DNA of 20,000 nucleotides from Perkinsus olseni (Eukaryota): NCBI GenBank assembly GCA_013115125.1, contig JABANN010000102.1, positions 52,278 to 72,277 of the forward strand, read 5' to 3'. Shown piece by piece: positions 9,264 to 17,192 of this stretch (position 1 is its first letter; each line of letters starts with the position of its first letter). The notes under the pieces were generated by a model. It saw only the letters and a program-made list of their open reading frames with translations, ran no database searches and was not told where the DNA came from. The position numbers and the translations under genes were made by a program.

Positions 9264-12200
9264 ATGATAATTTCAAAATGGACGGCGGCTGTTGGACGGG
9301 TCTCCTTCGGGACTGTCCGTGTATTGTCGCGCCGGGCTGTGGCGTCCGGGTTCAGTTCTATGGCTGCTGTTAGCGATGGTAGTAGTGAGATGTGGGCGAT
9401 TTGCGGTATTAGTTAATTAGGGAATACTGAGCATTTATGGCAGTGAGTATCTTACGTGAGGAACACCGTCTTCAACTTTCGAATAGCTATATCAGATGTT
9501 GCATAGTAACTCTTTTCTGCAAATAGAAGAGAAGACAGTATAAGAGTATAAGAAGAAGCCACGAGCAGTTAACGTCCAATTATGAAGCTTCCGAATTGGA
9601 GCCGGAAAAATACCCGGGTGGAGAATTCTTGCTGAATTTCCAACGGTACATCTCTTTTTCGGCTGTAAACGGCGGTGTTACGGTAGTTGCGGTAAGCGGG
9701 GGGCGGTCCACAGTAGCTTGGGTAGGATTACATCTACGGCATCGGCCCAATTACAGCAGCTGGATGACCGCTGTAATTTCATGAGACCACAATTTCCGTT
9801 AATCGTGTCGATTGCGTCCGTCGCACGTCACTTCTGAGGAATCGCGAAGATGGGAATATCTTGGCCGCCAGGTGATAAGTAGTTATTCTTCTTCTTCTTC
9901 TTCTTGGAATGTGCTCTTTGTTGCCGATACCAAAAACTGCACAACTCGTGAGAGGAAATATCTTACCGTTGGATTATGGATAAGACTTTGTGCGGATGTT
10001 TGAAAAAGTTTTACGCAAGTCAGTTCGGCAGACCTGATCGGGGAATCTTATTTTCTGTGCATCGCTCGGTTCAACCTTAGATACGTTGGTTGGTTCCAGT
10101 GCCTCGTCTGATGTTCCCATACAGCGGCCTTCTGAAGATTCTATCATGGAAGCTCCCGAGGGCGGGGGGGTTGAAAATATCAAATTCGGAGAATCGATCG
10201 ATACTGAGTTGAAGACAGCTTCCCTAGCCCCGATGGTAGTGATGGGGATCTCCATGCTTATCGACCTAGCGACTGGTTTGCGAGTGATCGTATTGATCTT
10301 GGAGGGCGCGTCACCGAAATTCGGGGTTTGGAAATTTTTGACGGATGAGTCAGGCAAAATTGTGGCTAGCTTTAGATGAAGAAGCGAAGAAATGATTTCA
10401 TCGGATACAGTGGTCCAAATAATCTTGGAGTATTTGCGAAAGGAGCGGTATCTCCGTAACAATCACGAATCAGAAGCTGTTTCTTGGATATATTGTGTGT
10501 AATAGCAATCCACTTAGTACTGTAGTTCCGATGCTTATCTTTGTTGCCTATGAAAGATCATGGTGAGGTGCTGTTATAGGATTCCGTGATGAATAGAGTA
10601 GGACTTTCCGAGGCAAAGGTGGCGTGGTAGGCTATTGATCAGAGAATTTTTTTTGTGAGTATGAATCTTCAATAACGATCGGGCTCGCAGAAATTTCTTT
10701 TTTTCGACAAAATACCGAAGATCCGCTCCGCTTCGTTTGATGGATCGATAGAAATTCTCCAAAAACGAGTCCACTACTGGTTTGACGCTGATTGAGATCG
10801 GGCCTCAGGTGCGATCGATGTGGTTCAACGTACCCGGCGGAATGGCAGTTAGGAATTCGTTATACAGAGGGTCGTCGAGGGAGGCAGCAGCGCTGGCTGA
10901 GGGGGATGCAACGAGGGCGATGGTAGTAAAAAGGGAAGAATAGATCCAGGGATTTTACCTCAGTTGAAGACGGAAGCTTCTCACCAATTTCACGCGCGTC
11001 AGCGTACTTCTAGTTGAGCATAGTCGCTTCAGCTTCCGGGGGGAAATTTTGTAAAATTTTCAGAATTTTTTCCATTGTTGTTTCAACTCATTTTTCGGGT
11101 TTTCGTATTGCACTAGTTTGTCAGGTGGGGCCGTTCGGGTTGGCAATGGAAGCTGTGCGAAAAACGCTAGGATACTCGGCACCAATAGATATGTCGCCTA
11201 AGTAGGTTATTCCGTGTATCACCAGCATGAAAGATTCTCTACAAGATACTCTTGTAACCTGGTTATTGAACCCTACCATAAGGGTCAAACTGCAGCATAT
11301 AATTGGACTAACGTGCTCATCCCGAGATCAGTTGCCTACCGGTGGCCGTTGGATCTTTATGTCGATCCGGTAGTAAGGGAAAAGGAAGAAGAGATTTTCT
11401 GGTATATTCATAGTACTGGAGTTTCGCTCGTCATGTTCTCAAAGTGAAAAACGCGACGTGATTTGAAGTCACTTCGCGAATTACATGCGGAAATGCGAAA
11501 AAAACAGTTTTTCGGGAAAAATGAGGAAAAAAATCGAGTTTTCCAGGAAAACACTCATATCGCACGACCCGGTGATAGGAATACTTGGTAAACGGTGAAG
11601 AACTTTTCCGTACCGTCCGGGGCGTGTGATTGGAGCTACCCTCGTGGAGGGGGGCAGCGGGGTGCCGCGTCTCGGGGCTCACCGGTAACAACCCAGTATC
11701 AGTGGGATAATTGGCGTCGGTCATTGGGAAGTGAGAATGGCCATTTCGGGTGATTTTGACGACACCCTAGCGTGGTGGGGTGGTTTTAGAATTCGTAGTA
11801 CCACACTTTTCGCAACTCCTAGTGATTGCAATCGTGTCTTTATCTCAGATATATCAGCCTCAGAGCCAGTCGTGGCGGTTCTCTGCGAAGGCATGCACTC
11901 TGTTCAACAAACTGCAGGGGAAAATCACCGTCATGCACATTTTCTCGGGTGGGTTAGAAAGATAATCTGCGCGTGTGTGGACAAGAAAAACGTGTAAAAT
12001 ATGAGCAGAATTTTCCGAATTCTAGAAAAAAATCCGGGAAAGTTAACGACGGTATTTCTATAAATTCATTAGGTTTCGAGCGGGCGAAAAATTCAGATTT
12101 TTTTGAATTTTCGGAATTTTGGTGGAGGTGAATTTTTGCAGGCCAACCGCTATCTTCGCTTTATTCTGGTGTGAGGATGTGGAAAGATGCGTTGAAGCCG

Positions 12201-12783
12201 GTGTTGGACGGAAGGGAAGATACTCAAATGCTTCAGGTAGGTAGCATATGAAACGGTTTAAAGATACTAGGTTGAAGACGGTATGATTCGGAGTTTCGTG
12301 GCGCGCGACGGAGTGTTGATGTAGTGATCTGGTTCGAGGTGCACTTTCATGAAGGCTGGATAAATCGACGGACGCACCCTTTGACCAAGCTCGCCTTACG
12401 CGACCAGGTTGGAAATGCTGAGTTCGTGCGGGGGTATCTTTTGGTATCTTAGGTTGAAGGACGCGACGAACAAATGAACACGTATGTCTATCGTGGTAAA
12501 TGGCGTCGAGATTTAGTACCCAAACTACACTTATATAACCCAGGGTTGCCTGTTGGTGAGTGAGCGTATCTTCTTAACTCGTATCTTGCCAGCTTCAACC
12601 TGTTGTTAGTTTTACTAATAGACCGGCTTGGATACATCCGGTGGCACGCAGTGGGGCTGCCGACGGAGAAGACTTTGCGGACGGCCCTACCTTTGGCACG
12701 ACAACTCGTGTTTGAGAAAATTGAACGTTGATCGATTAATACATTTACCCTGTTTCTTACCCTTTCTCGAGGGTTTTACTTGA
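9264..12783 (+). CDS. Putative diverged WD40/LGL-N-like protein or pseudogene; exon structure and 3' end uncertain
   Basis: ATG at 9264 opens MIISKWTAAVGRVSFGTVRVLSRRAVASGFSSMAAVSDGSSEMWAIC. Further beta-propeller-like fragments are DGDLHAYRPSDWFASDRIDLGGRVTEI (about 10240-10320), MLIFVAYERS (about 10531-10560), LTLIEIGPQVRSMWFNV (about 10782-10832), PLDLYVDP...IFWYIHSTGVSLVMFSK (about 11345-11443) and SASEPVVAVLCEG (about 11855-11892). They are separated by A/T-tract-rich introns. Several junctions cannot be joined canonically. Confidence 0.4.
12444..12459. repeat. Dispersed intronic motif A, GTATCTTAGGTTGAAG (reference copy)
   Basis: Near-identical copies occur at 3946-3961(-), 6436-6451(+), 7482-7496(-) and 10070-10084(-). 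Partial copies occur at 1261-1275, 5663-5672, 12268-12277, 12593-12601 and 14079-14093. Confidence 0.8.
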
Positions 12784-13243
12784 AGTCATTTCAATTTAAG
12801 CGTTGGTCAAGGTGTGGTATTGGTATTGGGTTTGTGAGAATCTTTGAGTTGAGCTTGCGAGAAATGGGTTAACCTCATGGAAAGATTCTTCTTCCGAGTA
12901 TTCGTGCTTGAGCTGATGCCATTTGGTCCGGGCTGGGAAGAAATGCCGTTGTAAATTTTGTAGAAATTTTTTCTCGGAAATTTCCGCTCGGCAATTTTTC
13001 CTGGTTGCGGGTCCAATTCTGAAACTGTACGATTGGGCATTGACCGCCTTTGAAGTACTTTTTCTTAGTTTTTTTCGGCGTCACTATTTTCGATTTTCTC
13101 ATTCTCCCCAGATTCCAGAAAACAAATCTTGGTGAAAAAATAGCAGAAAAAATCAAAATTTGCGATTTTTTTGGCGAAAAAGATATTTTGAGCTTATCCG
13201 CTGCAGAAGCCCTCAGCCAGGTTTTTGAGCGTCACATTTTGAG

Positions 13244-16200
13244 ATGGATTTCATTTCGGATTTTCGGAAGGCCAAGAAAGCGGCGACGGCTACTAGCAAT
13301 AGCAAGTCTGAGAGCACTTCCGCTGCGCAAGAACGCCTACCGAGCGTCGAGACCAAAGGGATCGACTCCCTATTTGCCAGGTAAATTTTACCGCAGTGGA
13401 CGGCGATGATTGTGATGTTGTGCACTTCCCTTCGCTCTCTTCAGACCGCGACCGTCCTCGGGTGATGCACAGCGGACAGTGGAGCTTCGGTCGTAAGTTG
13501 GGCTCACTGTGAGGGTGGATGATGGCTGTGTCGTTCAGACCGTCTCCTGGCCGCAGTAGATCGTCATCATCGTCTTCTTCAATATCATCTGATATGCTTG
13601 ATGATGACGAGGAGCCTCCTGTGGTCCAGACCGCCACCGCGGCTGTTGCCACCGCTAGTGGTGTCAGTAAAGCTGACCTGCGGCATGAGCTCACCACTGC
13701 CCGTGTTGGGCTGTGTGACAAGTGGATGTAGGAAGCGATAATTTCGTGGCGCAGTGACGATTTCTGCGGTTGTCAGATACTCGTGTATGGCAGTTGATGG
13801 CGAGCTAGGGCTGTTGGCTTTCCCTTTGCGAGATGGCGGATTGAAAGTGTATACGGATCAGCTGAATGTGGTAAGATACGCGCAGGTTAACCTGTGTCGA
13901 GCATGGATGAAGGAGGAGAGGAATCTTTGCTAGCGATTGGATTTGCTTGCGTTAGCGGAGCGAAGCAGCTGCATGTTTTGCAGGTTTTGCCGGGTCAAGT
14001 ACAACCAGGGGACGTCCATGATGCCCTCGCGCTGGAGGGCCGGGGAGTTGTCATCGCCGCGGCTGCTAACGTAGATTGGAATCTTAGGTCGATCCGTGCA
14101 GTATCCAACTCAGGTCGTTTTTGTGTGGGATCTTGCGCACGCGAAAGATTCTTCTTCCGAGAAGGCGGATCCGGTGGCTATCGGTAGGTTGACTTGTGTA
14201 GCGCCATAATGATGTTAAGATATTTTCATTCCAGAGATATCACAGACGTCGACCGTGGTGAAGTTGGCTCAAGTTGGCAGGACCGGCATGTGTCTGGTCG
14301 GGACCTCAACCGGCAACGTGAAGGTGAGGTCAAGTGGAGCCATCGACGCGTCGCTAATGCCCTTCGCGCGAGGAAAGTATGAACCACGCTTCGTTCCTTC
14401 TGGGTCCGTCGACGCTCTAAGGATCGCCCGACGCTTCGTGCTTTCCGTCAGCTCAAACACGTCGCGCCGTCTTCGCCCAGGCTCTTTATTTTGCAGAACT
14501 TTTCCAGGCCCTTGGGTTGCCTCCTTTCAGGTAGTTGACGCAAGTGACGCCAGTCGGCCGTACCTGGCCCCGCTGGTACTGGACGCCGGTGGTGGCGGCA
14601 TGGTCACCGTGTTGGCTACTAATAGAGAAGGATCGATCTGGCTAATCGGGAATGAGAAGTGAGAATGTCGTCTCGGTATTGACGTGCACTGACGCCGTCC
14701 AAAAGCCTTATAACGTCTAATCTTCAATAGACTGCTACCTCCCTGAATCCCATGACCGCTCCCAGGACCGAATTCACGTCGGTTCTGGGAGCGCTCTTAG
14801 AACTGAAGGAAGAGGCAGTTTGTTTAACTCCCCGGTCAATTCTGAAACTCGAAATCGATTATGGAATTCATTTTCGCGGGTCGAGTCAGAATCTCGGATT
14901 CGGTTTATTGAGTACCTCGAAAGTGGTCTGCCTGTTCCGGTGATTGAGCCCCTGCTTTCATTCGAAAGGTCCCCGGTTCGATTCTATTCCCCGGCAAGTA
15001 GAGGATGGCTATCCGATCAAAAAGCCGGCATCAATGCAGCTCTCCATGGTGCCAGCTGTATCGCAGCTTGCGAGTTCCACCCGAGTGCTTGGGTGACAGT
15101 GTGGGTGAATCCGGAGAACGATGTGAGTTGCGGATGGAGTGGTACGACAGTATTTATTACTTGGTCGTCAGTTGTGGATGGAGATGCCCAACGGCACGTC
15201 CATTGACCTCCCTCGAGCAGCGGACACGGTTTTCGATATCCTCTTCCGTCGGGATGGTATCATAGCGCTGGCCACCTGTCTGGGCGAGTTCGACTTCGAT
15301 GCTGCCACCGGTGAGTGGTTATTGCGCACATACGGAATTTTTCGCCCAATAAACCGTCGACCGGTACTCTGTAAAACAGCCGTGTTTCGCTGATGAATAA
15401 TCCATTCATGAGCTTACCTGTCAAGTCAGTGAGAGGCTCCTCGTGATGGGGAAATGCCGAAGGGGTCTTCGACAGAGGCTTATCCGATCTTGTTGCAGTC
15501 TCCTATGTGTGGCTGTGATGATCTCTGATACTCATCCCCTTTTCAGGTACTCTGAGGTCAGCACAGCCGGTGGACTCGGATACCAATCGGTCGCGGCGGC
15601 CGCGGCGGCGGGGTGGTTCAGAGGAATCCTGCGAAATCGTTGCAGCGCGGTTTGACAAGGTGCGCGAGAAACTATTGACTCTGACAGAGGCGGAGGATGG
15701 CGGGATGGAGGTTGCCGGTTTCGGTCGGAGTCTGTCCCTGAGCCCGTGGATGCCTACCGGTCGGAATGCGGTCTGTGAGTTGCCAAGGGGAGGACCGACA
15801 GAGAAGCTGCTGTCCAAACTGTCTAAAGATGCCGCCGCCGGGGTTCGAACCTGGGACCTCGGCAGGTGGGAGGGCGTTCTTCTGTGTGGTGGCCAACAAG
15901 GGCTGCGCTGTTACATCTACTCCGCTTGGAATATGTCCGTCCTCTTCACTTCGACTTCGGAGACTCCTGTCACCACCCTCTGCGCAGACCTCACCGTAGG
16001 GACCGTCTTTGCTGGCTATTCCGATGGCTCGGTTTTGTCACTCGCCACGAAATTCCAAGTCTACAGCTGCGACGAGGCTATCCACTCCTTGCAGATGGCG
16101 GGTAACTACCTCATTGTGACCACCGAGAGCGGCAGACGTGTCCAAGTCGACCATCGTTTATTGATTGCAAACTCAGCGCCTGGAGTTGATGCTGCCTCTC

Positions 16201-17015
16201 TTGACGTGGTCGTGGGGCAGTTCCCTGGAGTGACGGTGCGGCGGTTCGGGCTGGTCGAGAGTGCCCGGTGGACGGTCCTGGCGTGTGAGGGCAGTGATAT
16301 CGTAGCTGCGCAGATTGTTGATGCTGGCGGCGACTTGGGTCGATGTGTGGCTGTGGCGAATGAAGACGGCGTAGCGGAATTGATAAGATTGCAAGATGGC
16401 GTCTTGGTTGGTAGAGGTTTGCCTGATGAGGATGTCGGAGAGAATCTTAGCCTGATTTGGGTCACTGTTGGAGGACGTATCTTACGGTTTCATGATGGAA
16501 TGTCCAGAGTTGCCGTCTCGTCGTATGCAATCGACGAAGCCGCCGACGACGAGGCTGAAGTCGTCTTGGCGCAGAGAGCGTATCTTTCTCGCCTTGATGT
16601 CCTCGAGTCGACCTTGGATATTACACAGAGAATGCAGGAGCAGATACGACAGGGGGCGGTGATAGAGGCCAGTCAGCGAGCTGCCAATCGAGCTGTTGCC
16701 ACCGCCACCACCACTTTCGGTCATATCAGAGATAAACTCATCGGCACCGACAAACAGCAGCAGCAGCAGCCGCAACAACGACGATCCTCCACAGGGAGGG
16801 GGTCCGAGGGCGGAGGGGCTCAGAGTACGTCGGCTCCGATGGAAGACACGAAAGAGATGCTCGACCGAGCGAGGGCGCAGATTGTTAATAATCAGGAGAA
16901 GTTGGCGGACATCCAGGAGAAGTCGGCCCAGATGAGCGAGCAGTCTGAGGACATGTTAAGGATGGCGAGAAATATCAACAAAAAACAGCAACACAAGAAA
17001 TGGATATTTTTCTGA
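13244..17015 (+). CDS. Tomosyn/STXBP5 (LGL/Sro7 family) WD40 protein with a C-terminal R-SNARE-like coiled coil
   Basis: ATG at 13244 (MDFISDFRKAKK) has an in-frame stop just upstream. Spliced exons give TARVGLCDKYSCMAVDGELGLLAFPLRDGGLKVY, VFVWDL, CLVGTSTGNVKVVD and IWLIGNE, the LGL/tomosyn N-terminal blade order. The long last exon (15547-17015) ends LDRARAQIVNNQEKLADIQEKSAQMSEQSEDMLRMARNINKKQQHKKWIFF*, matching the tomosyn VAMP-like tail with no transmembrane anchor. Confidence 0.8.
15827..15859 (-). repeat. Second copy of the tRNA 3'-half fragment, overlapping coding sequence of the tomosyn-like gene
   Basis: The reverse complement reads AGGTCCCAGGTTCGAACCCCGGCGGCGGCATCT. The + strand encodes DAAAGVRTWD in the 481-aa ORF. 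Confidence 0.65.
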
Positions 17016-17192
17016 TGATCACTTCTCGTCGTTTCGACCGTTTAATCGTCTGCGGCCTTGCGTCTTGAGGTGGGCTGTAATTGTGCATCAGTCGAGCGGG
17101 CAATTTCTGATAGGCCCACGTAAGCTCCTTCTCATCAGGCCCGCTACTGCTAGCAGTTACTCCTGTTGTTGTCCATCCCAAGGGCCCTTCAG

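Noticed and set aside
9886-9905. (TTC)n microsatellite; also (CAG)n near 16756 and a 9-bp tandem near 18170
   Set aside because: These are ordinary low-complexity coding repeats (poly-Ser, poly-Gln, SES).
10185-10205. Peptide FGESIDT in ORF 10086-10379 also occurs in the IQCA1-like protein (1793-1813)
   Set aside because: There is no flanking similarity and the DNA differs. One 7-aa match across six frames is plausible by chance.
15775-15865. Possible GTGAGT..CAG intron containing the tRNA fragment
   Set aside because: Its 91-nt length would shift the frame, while both flanks read as WD40-like in one continuous ORF. It is not excluded without RNA data.
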